DNA from: Opitutia bacterium KCR 482
GTDB taxonomy: Bacteria > Verrucomicrobiota > Verrucomicrobiia > Opitutales > Intestinicryptomonadaceae
Assembly (NCBI GenBank): GCA_029269845.2
Contig: CP149973.1
Coordinates: forward strand, 420,001-452,000
DNA: 32,000 nucleotides
Direction: 5' to 3'
Position numbers and translations under genes: made by a program. Positions 1 to 7,626 of the stretch are shown here, piece by piece. A model generated the notes under the pieces. That model had not been told where the DNA came from, searched no databases, and worked only from the letters and a program-made list of their open reading frames with translations. The first letter of the stretch is position 1. Every line of letters starts with the position of its first letter.

Positions 1-66
1 ATAGAACAGGCGAAAGACGCTCTCATCGCGGCTGGGCTTCCCGCAAGAAAGATCAAAAAATCCTAA
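1..66 (+). CDS. 3' end of an unidentified CDS, truncated by the window edge
   Basis: Frame is open from base 1 (..IEQAKDALIAAGLPARKIKKS*) and ends at TAA 64-66. A hairpin terminator follows. Too short to name a product. Confidence 0.4.
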   Translation: MEQAKDALIAAGLPARKIKKS

Positions 67-94
67 TTTCAAGCAAAAAAAACAACACATAAAA

Positions 95-128
95 CGGCAA
101 ACGTTTTGCGGCGTTTGCCGAATTTTTA
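95..128 (+). terminator. Rho-independent terminator
   Basis: Stem CGGCAAACG (95-103) pairs with CGTTTGCCG (112-120). It is followed by AATTTTTA. Confidence 0.7.
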
Positions 129-149
129 TAAATTCGAAAGAAGACAAAC

Positions 150-1166
150 ATGGAATTCAAAGATTTTGCAGCCCTTCAAGGCGCGCTCGAAATGCCCTCG
201 GCATACAAAAGCATTCGCGAACTATCGCCGCTGTCGGCGGGAACCAAGTTCTGGGCGATTGTCCGCGTTTTGGCGAACGCCCCCAAGCTCGACAAAAACG
301 GCTCTACCTACTACATCTTGGAAATGGGCGACGCCACGGGAACGTGCGCGTCGGCGGTTTTCGGGCGCAACCCCGTTTTCCCGGAAATCACGAACGTCCG
401 CGCGGGCGACATTTTGAGCATTTCGGGAAGCGTTGCCTTCTACAACAACAACTTCCGCCCCGAAATTTCGGAAGTCTATAAAAAGGACGCGGAATTTGCC
501 GAGCACATGGGAAAGCCGCTCGTCCCCGTGTCGCCATACGACCCCGACAAAATGCTCGCCGAGCTTGACGAAATCATAAACGCCGAAATCAAAGACCCCA
601 AGCTCGCCGAGCTTGTGAAGGACATTCTCGGCGAACACGCAAAGGCGTTCAGAGAAAGCACTGCGGCAATCAAGGTGCACCACAACTACAAGTACGGACT
701 GCTTGAACACACGCTGCACGTGGCAAAAAACGCGGTCGCAATGGCGCGGAACTACCCGAATGTAAACGCGTCGCTGGCGGCGGCGGGCGCGATTCTCCAC
801 GACATCGGGAAAATCGAGGAATACTCGACGGGGCTTGAAACCGACAAGACCCGCGCGGGCAATTTGCAGTCGCACATGGCTCTCGGCTACGCGATAGTGC
901 GGAACGCGGCGATAAAAGTAGGCGTGCCCGAAAAACTTAGGCAAGAAATTGAGCACATAATTTTAAGCCACCACGGAAAGCTCGAATACGGGGCGGTAGT
1001 GCTTCCGCAAACGCCTGAGGCGATGATTGTGCACGCGGCCGACATGGCGGACGCATTTATCGGAATGGTCGCAACTTGCGAGCGCAATTCGAACGGGCGC
1101 GAATTCAGCGACTACATTCCCGCATACGGCTGCAACATTCTGCTCGACAGATACCAAGCGCAATAA
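150..1166 (+). CDS. YhaM/Cbf1-like 3'-5' exoribonuclease (N-terminal OB fold plus HD phosphohydrolase domain)
   Basis: 338-aa ORF. HD-domain motifs present: HHNYKYGLLEHTLHV, ILHDIGKIEEY, ILSHHGKLEYGAV, HAADMADA. The N-terminal roughly 100 aa look like an OB fold (GDILSISGSVAFYNNNFRPEI). Confidence 0.85.
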   Translation: MEFKDFAALQGALEMPSAYKSIRELSPLSAGTKFWAIVRVLANAPKLDKNGSTYYILEMGDATGTCASAVFGRNPVFPEITNVRAGDILSISGSVAFYNNNFRPEISEVYKKDAEFAEHMGKPLVPVSPYDPDKMLAELDEIINAEIKDPKLAELVKDILGEHAKAFRESTAAIKVHHNYKYGLLEHTLHVAKNAVAMARNYPNVNASLAAAGAILHDIGKIEEYSTGLETDKTRAGNLQSHMALGYAIVRNAAIKVGVPEKLRQEIEHIILSHHGKLEYGAVVLPQTPEAMIVHAADMADAFIGMVATCERNSNGREFSDYIPAYGCNILLDRYQAQ

Positions 1167-1174
1167 GTCGCGCC

Positions 1175-1285
1175 CTCCCCTCCGCGCGTACACCCTCCGC
1201 GCGGGGAAAACCCGATTTCCGACGGCAACGCGCAGGCGTCGCCGCCAACGTGCCCCTGCGTACGAATAAAAGCTCCCCTCCGCGC
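1175..1285 (+). repeat. Short GC-rich direct repeat (CCCTCCGCGC, three copies) in the intergenic region after the yhaM-like gene
   Basis: Exact 10-mer at 1178-1187, 1193-1202 and 1276-1285. The outer copies share the 13-mer CTCCCCTCCGCGC (1175-1187 and 1273-1285). Copies 1 and 2 can also form a 7-9 bp GC hairpin (1182-1188 with 1198-1204). Confidence 0.6.
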
Positions 1286-1342
1286 AAAATTCGGCATTTA
1301 GCCTAAAATCTCAAAAAATCGGTTTCTTGCGCAATAAAAATC

Positions 1343-1373
1343 TTGAAAATATGGGCACTCTGCGCCATATAAG
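1343..1373 (+). promoter_or_regulatory. Candidate sigma-70-like promoter for the malic enzyme gene
   Basis: TTGAAA at 1343-1348, a 17-nt spacer, then CATATA/TATAAG at 1366-1373. Pattern match only. Confidence 0.3.
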
Positions 1374-1434
1374 GGGGAATATACACTTAAAAAACGGCGG
1401 AATAGTCCGTACTTTTCACAAAGAAGAAATTGCC

Positions 1435-2703
1435 ATGTCATCTATAAATAAAGAAGCAGCATTAAGATACCACAGCGAAGGCAAGCGCGGAAAAATAGAA
1501 ATCGTGCCGACAAAGCCGCACGCCACGCAGGAAGACCTGTCGCTGGCGTACACCCCCGGGGTCGCCGAACCCTGTCTGGAAATCCAGAAAAATCCCGCCG
1601 ACGCCTACAAATACACGGGCAAGGGAAACCTTGTCGCGGTAATTTCCAACGGAACAGCCGTTTTGGGACTCGGAAACATCGGCGCTCTCGCGGGCAAACC
1701 CGTTATGGAGGGGAAGGCGCTGCTCTTCAAAGTATTCTCTGGGTTGGACTCGTTCGACATCGAAGTCGCGGAAACAAACGTCGATAAGTTCGTGGACGCG
1801 GTCAAGGCAATCGCGCCGACATTCGGGGGAATCAACCTCGAAGACATCAAAGCGCCCGAATGCTTCGAAATAGAGCGCAGGCTCAAAGAAGAACTCGACA
1901 TTCCCGTCATGCACGACGACCAGCACGGAACGTCGATAATCACGGGAGCGGCGCTGCTCAACGCGCTCGAAATTGCGGGCAAGAAAATCGGCGAAGTGAA
2001 GATAGTCGTAAGCGGCGCGGGGGCGGCGGCGATTTGCTGCGCAAAGATGTACGAATCGCTCGGAGTAAAGCGCGAGAACATTCTTATGTGCGACTCAAAG
2101 GGCGTAATATCGAAGTCGCGCTCCGACCTCAACGAGATGAAAAAATACTTCGCCGTCGAGACCGACGCCAAGACCCTCGCCGACGCGTTGAAGGGCGCGG
2201 ACGTGTTCCTCGGAGTGTCCCGCGCCGACGTTCTCACGCCAGAAATGCTCCTTTCGATGAACGAAAACCCCGCAGTTTTCGCGCTCGCAAACCCGCGCCC
2301 CGAAATCTCCTACGAGCTTGCCACGGCGACGCGCAAGGACATCATCTTCGCGACGGGACGTTCCGACTACCCCAACCAAGTCAACAACGTGCTCGGATTT
2401 CCCTACATTTTCAGGGGCGCGCTCGACACCGCCGCAACGTGCATTAACGAGGAAATGAAGCACGCGGCAGTCCGCGCCCTCGCCGCCCTCGCGCACGAAC
2501 CCGCGACGGACGAAGTCAAAAAAATCTTCAACAGGGAAACGCTCGAATTCGGCAGAAACTACATTCTGCCCAAGCCCTTCGACAAACGCCTGATTGTGAA
2601 AGTGTCGGCGGCGGTCGCAAAGGCGGCTATGGAATCGGGCGCGGCGCGTTCGCCTATCGCGGATTGGGACGCGTACGAAAAACACCTCGCAAGCCTCATC
2701 TAA
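1435..2703 (+). CDS. NAD(P)-dependent malic enzyme, short form without a PTA domain
   Basis: Motifs [48 protein letters not shown] prefer ATG 1435 ([13 protein letters not shown]..., 422 aa) to the track's upstream TTG at 1327, because homologues start near this point. Confidence 0.92.
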   Translation: MSSINKEAALRYHSEGKRGKIEIVPTKPHATQEDLSLAYTPGVAEPCLEIQKNPADAYKYTGKGNLVAVISNGTAVLGLGNIGALAGKPVMEGKALLFKVFSGLDSFDIEVAETNVDKFVDAVKAIAPTFGGINLEDIKAPECFEIERRLKEELDIPVMHDDQHGTSIITGAALLNALEIAGKKIGEVKIVVSGAGAAAICCAKMYESLGVKRENILMCDSKGVISKSRSDLNEMKKYFAVETDAKTLADALKGADVFLGVSRADVLTPEMLLSMNENPAVFALANPRPEISYELATATRKDIIFATGRSDYPNQVNNVLGFPYIFRGALDTAATCINEEMKHAAVRALAALAHEPATDEVKKIFNRETLEFGRNYILPKPFDKRLIVKVSAAVAKAAMESGAARSPIADWDAYEKHLASLI

Positions 2704-2726
2704 GGGGCTGCGAAGCCTTAATTTTT

Positions 2727-2760
2727 GCGGAAGCGGTCGTTGGCCGCTTCCGCTTTTTTT
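2727..2760 (+). terminator. Rho-independent terminator after the malic enzyme gene
   Basis: 10-bp stem GCGGAAGCGG (2727-2736) pairs with CCGCTTCCGC (2744-2753). A T7 run follows at 2754-2760. Confidence 0.8.
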
Positions 2761-3072
2761 GCGCCGAAATTTTTTGCGCGTTTTGCTTGGGCAAAATTTT
2801 TCAATACGCCCGCAGTGGGAGCGTGGTAGGGGCGGCGCGGATTGTCAACGCTTAGCGGGTGGGCGGAAGCCTTGGGTGCGTCGCTTTTATTGAAGCAGGG
2901 CGCGCAGCCCGCGGCATTCGCAGGCATTTTACCGGCACACAAAATCCCCGCATTAAAACGGCGCAAGCAACGCGCAAAAACCAACGCGCCGCTTGCCGCG
3001 ACATCTCCTCGCCATTTGAAACGCGGGAACGGCGCGGCGCAAAATTTTTGCGCAAAAAAAGCAAAAAATCGC

Positions 3073-3102
3073 TTGACTTGCCGAAAAGCTTTTTTTGAAT
3101 AA
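3073..3102 (+). promoter_or_regulatory. Candidate promoter for the GntR regulator gene
   Basis: TTGACT at 3073-3078, a 17-nt spacer, then TGAATA/GAATAA at 3096-3102. Pattern match only. Confidence 0.35.
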
Positions 3103-3106
3103 AAAA

Positions 3107-3125
3107 CATATCATCTGATGATATG
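3107..3125. promoter_or_regulatory. 19-bp perfect palindrome, probable operator (autoregulation of the adjacent GntR gene)
   Basis: CATATCATC-T-GATGATATG has 9-bp perfect arms. It lies just downstream of the -10 candidate and 9 nt upstream of ATG 3134. Confidence 0.5.
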
Positions 3126-3133
3126 ACGACAAA

Positions 3134-3805
3134 ATGAAGGGCATACTCAAAGTCGAAAAGAAAACGCTCGCCGACGAAGTTTCCGAACAGATACAGAAAC
3201 GAATCGTCTCGGGCGAGATGTCCGTAGGCTCGAAACTGCCGACGGAAAAGGAGCTTTCCGACATGTACGGAGTGGGACGTTCGACAATCCGCGAAGCCGT
3301 GAGCGTGCTCTCAAACATCGGTCTTCTGCGCGTAATGCAGGGCAAGGGAACGTTCGTGGTGTCTCAGTACGCGACGAACGAGCCGATAGCCCAAAGGCTC
3401 AAACGCGCCCAAAGTTGCGACTTGGACGAAATCAGGCAGATTCTCGAAATGAAAATCGCCGAAAAGGCGGCGCGAAAACGCACAAAGGCGGACATCGCAA
3501 ACATCGAAATGCGGCTCGAAGAAATCGCCAAGGCAAACAAAACGGGCGACTTGGAGAAGTCGATAGACGCCGACATAAAATTCCACACGGCAATCGCGCA
3601 GGCGTCGCACAACGAAATTCTGCTCGAATTCTACGAGCTTGCGTCGGCGCACCTGCGCAAGTGGTACGCGCAGATTTACAAATCGTCTAAAATTTTCGAA
3701 TCGGCGTACGGACTGCACGAAAACCTCGTAAAACAGATAGCAGACGGCAACGAACGCGGCGCGTGGAAAGTGGCGGAGGATATCATAAAACACGGAATTG
3801 TATAA
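3134..3805 (+). CDS. GntR-family transcriptional regulator, FadR subfamily (FCD C-terminal domain)
   Basis: N-terminal winged HTH (LPTEKELSDMYGVGRSTIREAVSVLSNIGLLRVMQGKGTFV). The all-helical C-terminal domain carries the FCD-style histidines (D..FH..IA.ASHN). Confidence 0.9.
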   Translation: MKGILKVEKKTLADEVSEQIQKRIVSGEMSVGSKLPTEKELSDMYGVGRSTIREAVSVLSNIGLLRVMQGKGTFVVSQYATNEPIAQRLKRAQSCDLDEIRQILEMKIAEKAARKRTKADIANIEMRLEEIAKANKTGDLEKSIDADIKFHTAIAQASHNEILLEFYELASAHLRKWYAQIYKSSKIFESAYGLHENLVKQIADGNERGAWKVAEDIIKHGIV

Positions 3806-3851
3806 TTTTTTATTACTAAAAATCAAAAACACGAAAGGATAAAAAAACATC

Positions 3852-5333
3852 ATGGCAAATTATTTCAACACATTGCCTCTCAGAGAAAAGCTCATACAGC
3901 TCAATCAGGCGCAACTGATGGAGCGTTCGGAATTCGACGGCGGCGTCGAAGCCCTCAAAGGCAAGAAAATCGTAATCGTAGGCTGCGGCGCGCAGGGTCT
4001 CAACCAGGGGCTTAACCTCCGCGACAGCGGCCTCGACATCTCCTACGCGCTCCGCCAGTCGGCTATCGACGAAAAGAGGGCTTCGTGGAAAAACGCTACG
4101 GGCAACAACTTCAAAGTCGGCACATACGAGGAATTGATTCCCTCCGCCGACCTCGTAATCAACCTCACGCCCGATAAGCAGCACAGCAACGTAATTTCGG
4201 CGGTCATGCCCCTGATGAAGCAGGGCTCGGCGCTGTCGTACTCGCACGGCTTCAACATCGTCGAAGAAGGCATGCAAATCCGCAAGGACATCACGGTAAT
4301 CATGGTAGCCCCCAAAGGCCCCGGCACGGAAGTCAGAGCCGAATACCTCAGAGGCTTCGGCGTTCCCGCGCTCGCGGCGGTTCACCCCGAAAACGATCCC
4401 GAAGGCAAGGGCTGGGCATACGCAAAAGCGTACTGCGTGGGGCTCGGCGCGAACAAGGCGGGCGTACTTAAATCGTCGTTCGTCGCGGAAGTGAAGTCGG
4501 ACCTCATGGGCGAACAGACAATCCTCTGCGGACTTCTCCAAACGGCGACAATCCTCTGCTTCGACAAAATGGTCGAAAACGGAATCAACCCCGCGTATGC
4601 CGCAAAGCTCGGACAATACGGCGTTGAAGTCATCACCGAAGCGCTCAAACACGGCGGCATCACGGGCATGCTCGACAGGCTCTCGAACCCCGCGAAAATC
4701 AAGGCTTACACGCTCGCCCAGGAATTGAAGGACATCATGCGCCCGCTGTTCCGCAAGCATCAGGACGACATTATGTCGGGCGAATTCAGCTCCACAATGA
4801 TGGAAGACTGGAAAAACGGCGACGCAAAGCTCCTGAAATGGCGCGAAGAAACCGGCAAAACCGCTTTCGAAAACACCCCCGCGGGCGACATGAAAATCGG
4901 CGAACAGGAATACTTCGACAACTACCTGCTCCTCTCGGCATTCGTCACGGCGGGCATCGAACTCGCGTTCGAAACGATGTGCGAAGCGGGAATCCAGCCC
5001 CCGTCGGCGTACTATGAATCGCTGCACGAAACCCCGCTTATCGCCAACACGATTGCGAGAAAGAAGCTGTACGAAATGAACCGCGTCATCTCCGACACCG
5101 CCGAATACGGCAACTATCTTTTCTACAACGCCTGCAAGCCCCTCCTTGCCGACTTCATGAAAAAGATTACGCCCGACCTCTGCGGCAAAAACTTCAACGA
5201 AGGCAAGGACGGCTCGGTCGATAACGTCGCTCTCGTGCGCGTAAACGAAGCAATCCGCAACCACCCCGTCGAAATTGTCGGCATCAAGCTGCGCAAATAC
5301 ATGACGGCGATGCGCCCCATCAAGACCCTTTAA
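3852..5333 (+). CDS. ilvC: Ketol-acid reductoisomerase, class II (long, about 490 aa form)
   Basis: 493 aa. Colinear end to end with my memory of E. coli IlvC (MANYFNTL..., [62 protein letters not shown]). An AAAGGA ribosome-binding site lies upstream. Confidence 0.97.
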   Translation: MANYFNTLPLREKLIQLNQAQLMERSEFDGGVEALKGKKIVIVGCGAQGLNQGLNLRDSGLDISYALRQSAIDEKRASWKNATGNNFKVGTYEELIPSADLVINLTPDKQHSNVISAVMPLMKQGSALSYSHGFNIVEEGMQIRKDITVIMVAPKGPGTEVRAEYLRGFGVPALAAVHPENDPEGKGWAYAKAYCVGLGANKAGVLKSSFVAEVKSDLMGEQTILCGLLQTATILCFDKMVENGINPAYAAKLGQYGVEVITEALKHGGITGMLDRLSNPAKIKAYTLAQELKDIMRPLFRKHQDDIMSGEFSSTMMEDWKNGDAKLLKWREETGKTAFENTPAGDMKIGEQEYFDNYLLLSAFVTAGIELAFETMCEAGIQPPSAYYESLHETPLIANTIARKKLYEMNRVISDTAEYGNYLFYNACKPLLADFMKKITPDLCGKNFNEGKDGSVDNVALVRVNEAIRNHPVEIVGIKLRKYMTAMRPIKTL

Positions 5334-5353
5334 TTTAGGGAACTGATAAACTC

Positions 5354-5388
5354 GCGGCGGGGGATTCGTCCTCCGCCGCAAATTTTTA
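5354..5388 (+). terminator. Hairpin/terminator after ilvC
   Basis: 10-bp stem GCGGCGGGGG (5354-5363) pairs with CCTCCGCCGC (5370-5379), including one G-U pair. AAATTTTTA follows. The T run is short and ends only 13 nt before the next start codon, so it may be leaky. Confidence 0.55.
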
Positions 5389-5400
5389 CACTTTAAAGAC

Positions 5401-6834
5401 ATGGCACTTGTATCAATAGAATCGCTGAAAATAGCCTACGGAAACAAAACCGTTTTCGACGGGCTGAACTGGAAAATATCGCGAGGCGAAAACTGGGCGA
5501 TTTCGGGCGAAAGCGGAACGGGAAAATCGAGCCTGATAAAGGCAATCGCGGGAAAGGTCGGCTTCGGCGGGAAAATCGCGATAGACTACGACGAAAACGG
5601 ACTTCCCCACGAGGCACTGTACGTGGACAACTGGTATAAATTCGCGAACCTTGAAGGCGACAGAAACTTCTACTACCAGCAGAGATACAACTACCATGCC
5701 GAACAGGACACACTCACGGTGCTCGGCGAGCTTGAAGTTTACGGACGCGAGCGCGGGCTCGACACCGCGAAAGCGCTGCCGATTCTCGAACGGCTCGGCT
5801 TCGCAAAATGCCGCCAAACACAGCTGATAGAGCTTTCGAGCGGCGAACATAAAAAGCTGCAACTCGTTAAGGCACTGTGGCTGAGACCGCAGATTATGCT
5901 TTTCGACGACCCCTACACGGGTCTGGACACGGCGTCGCGCAAGGTGCTCAACGACATTCTCGACGAAGAATGCGCGGCGGGCGCGACAGTCGTCATCGCG
6001 ACTTCCGACACAGAGCTTCCGAAATCCGTAAACAGGTTCGCAAAAATTTCCGACGGAAAAATAGTCGAGACCGACAAAATCGAAACCGCGGCAGACGTCG
6101 AGACGGTTCAGAGAGAAGTGCCCGAATTTTTGAAAGCGTCGCCCAAAATCGACGCCGAAACTTTTGTAGACGCACGCAACGTCTGCGTGAGGTACGGCGA
6201 AAAAACCGTGCTCGACGGCGTTTCGTGGACGGTCAAGGCGGGCGAAAAATGGCTGCTTGTAGGGCGCAACGGCTCTGGGAAATCGACACTGCTTAGCCTC
6301 GTTTGCGGCGACAACCCGCAGGCGTACGGCAACGACATCAGGCTCTTCGGCAACGCCCGCGGAAGCGGCGAGAGCATTTGGGACATCAAGAAAAAAATGG
6401 GCATAATCTCGCCCGAAATGCACTGGTACTTCGACGAAAGCGCGACCGTGTGGAACTCGGTCGCGTCGGGGCTGCTCGACACAATGGGCTGGTATCTCGA
6501 CGTGAGCTACTCGGAGGGCAAAAAAATAGACGACACCCTCGAATTTTTCGACCTCAAAAACGACCGCGACACCCCCCTCTCCGCTTTGCCGCTCGGCAAA
6601 CAGCGCATGGCGTTGCTCGCGCGGACGGTCGTCAAAAACCCGCCGCTGCTGATTCTCGACGAGCCTTGCCAGGGGCTTGACACCGCGCAGACAAACCGCT
6701 TCAACAACGCCCTCGACGACCTTGCTCGATACGGCAAGACAATCATTTACGTCGGGCACTACGAAACCCGCCTGCCCAAATGCCTCACCCGCAAGCTGGA
6801 ACTCGACAAAGGCAAAGTGGTATCCTGCGCCTAA
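5401..6834 (+). CDS. ModF-like ABC protein with two ATPase domains and no membrane domain
   Basis: Two Walker A motifs (GESGTGKSS, GRNGSGKST). The C-terminal half closely matches my memory of E. coli ModF (GDNPQAYGNDIRLFGNARGSGESIWDIKKKMG, LLILDEPCQGLD). The N-terminal Walker B is FDDP, with Asp where the catalytic Glu is expected. Confidence 0.85.
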   Translation: MALVSIESLKIAYGNKTVFDGLNWKISRGENWAISGESGTGKSSLIKAIAGKVGFGGKIAIDYDENGLPHEALYVDNWYKFANLEGDRNFYYQQRYNYHAEQDTLTVLGELEVYGRERGLDTAKALPILERLGFAKCRQTQLIELSSGEHKKLQLVKALWLRPQIMLFDDPYTGLDTASRKVLNDILDEECAAGATVVIATSDTELPKSVNRFAKISDGKIVETDKIETAADVETVQREVPEFLKASPKIDAETFVDARNVCVRYGEKTVLDGVSWTVKAGEKWLLVGRNGSGKSTLLSLVCGDNPQAYGNDIRLFGNARGSGESIWDIKKKMGIISPEMHWYFDESATVWNSVASGLLDTMGWYLDVSYSEGKKIDDTLEFFDLKNDRDTPLSALPLGKQRMALLARTVVKNPPLLILDEPCQGLDTAQTNRFNNALDDLARYGKTIIYVGHYETRLPKCLTRKLELDKGKVVSCA

Positions 6835-6880
6835 CAAAGACGCGCTTAAAACCGTGCAAATTCACACGCAACGCCGCCGC

Positions 6881-6906
6881 GCCGCAAAAGCATGCGGCGT
6901 TTTTTA
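6881..6906 (+). terminator. Rho-independent terminator after the modF-like gene
   Basis: Stem GCCGCA (6881-6886) pairs with TGCGGC (6893-6898), followed by GTTTTTTA. It sits between convergent genes. Confidence 0.65.
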
Positions 6907-6921
6907 TGCCGGCGCGGCGCG

Positions 6922-7458
6922 TTAGATTTTCGCGCCCATTGCGCGGGCTTCGTCGAGCTTCGCCGCGGAAATGTCGCCGATGTCCGTCGCCCCCACGCCG
7001 CGAACGACGCCTTTGAGAGAGCATTTTTCGAAGCAGGCAATCCAGCCGCCCAAACCGTTTACCGCGCCGTCAACCGCTTCTTCGTCGTCCTCGGCGGCGG
7101 TCGCAAGCAGGTAGATGTCTCTAAACTTGTAGTCGGAGGGGAAGAGCGGGTTCGCGCGGTCGAGCAGCGTTTTCATCTGCCCGCTCATCTCGTAGTAATA
7201 CACGGGGGTTGCGAACGCCAAAACGTCGGAAGTTTTCATCTTTGCGACAATTTCGCGCGAATCGTCGGCAATCACGCATTTTTCGGTTTTCTGGCACGCG
7301 AGACAGCCCACGCAGAAGTTTATTGTCTTTCCCCTAAGCGACACGAATTCGACATCGTTGCCCGCCTTGCGCGCGCCCTCGGCAAACGCCTCCGCAAGCC
7401 GCTCGGAGTTTCCCGATTTTCTAAGTGTAGTTGAAATTACAAGTACTTTTTTTGCCAT
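6922..7458 (-). CDS. Iron-sulfur flavoprotein (Isf) / NADPH-dependent FMN reductase family
   Basis: Flavodoxin-like N-terminus (KVLVISTTLRKSGNSERLA) and a compact Cys motif CVGCLACQKTEKC (C-x2-C-x2-C-x5-C), as in Isf 4Fe-4S sites. Start taken at MAKKVL (ATG 7458) rather than the track's 7482. Confidence 0.85.
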   Translation of the reverse strand: MAKKVLVISTTLRKSGNSERLAEAFAEGARKAGNDVEFVSLRGKTINFCVGCLACQKTEKCVIADDSREIVAKMKTSDVLAFATPVYYYEMSGQMKTLLDRANPLFPSDYKFRDIYLLATAAEDDEEAVDGAVNGLGGWIACFEKCSLKGVVRGVGATDIGDISAAKLDEARAMGAKI

Positions 7459-7481
7459 ATTTCCAATCAAATTACCCCTCA

Positions 7482-7510
7482 AAATAAACCCCGCCTAACG
7501 CATTTTTCAA
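7482..7510 (-). promoter_or_regulatory. Candidate promoter for the Isf gene
   Basis: On the minus strand: TTGAAA (7510-7505), a 17-nt spacer, then TTATTT (7487-7482). A second GCATTTTCAA copy lies about 30 bp further upstream (TTGAAA at 7541-7536). Confidence 0.3.
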
Positions 7511-7560
7511 GCCGTTTTGCGGAAAAAAACGGCATTTTCAAAACATACCCCCTCTTCCCG

Positions 7561-7589
7561 AAAAAAAAAGCCTCCATGCGGAGGCTTTT
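7561..7589 (-). terminator. Rho-independent terminator after hom
   Basis: Stem AGCCTCC (7569-7575) pairs with GGAGGCT (7580-7586). The A9 run at 7561-7569 gives a T run on the minus-strand transcript. Confidence 0.8.
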
Positions 7590-7626
7590 AAGGAAAAGCT
7601 GAACGCCGAAGCGCGGTTCGCGCGGC

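Noticed and set aside
1327-1434. The upstream TTG start of the malic enzyme ORF, which would add 36 residues.
   Set aside because: The extension ([25 protein letters not shown]...) overlaps the promoter-like region and has no counterpart in malic enzymes. ATG 1435 gives the conserved N-terminus.
2701-2760. GGGGCTG directly after the malic enzyme stop, which resembles the 5' end of tmRNA.
   Set aside because: There is no tRNA-like acceptor/T-arm (no GGTTCGA-type T-loop, no ..CCACCA-proximal 3' end) and no tag reading frame downstream. The segment is explained by a standard terminator hairpin.
3816-5402. A 528-aa minus-strand ORF covering all of ilvC. Similar full-length antisense ORFs lie opposite the modF-like gene (5413-6837), hom (7729-8934), bioF/bioGC (16595-18346), bioA (19536-20477), fabD (22732-23838) and the DASS gene (30553-31581).
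   Set aside because: They are in the codon-aligned antisense frame of well-supported genes. In that frame stops arise only from sense TTA, CTA or TCA codons, which this GC-biased codon usage avoids. The products are Arg/Ala/Val/Phe-rich low-complexity sequences with no recognisable motifs. They are shadow ORFs, not overlapping genes.
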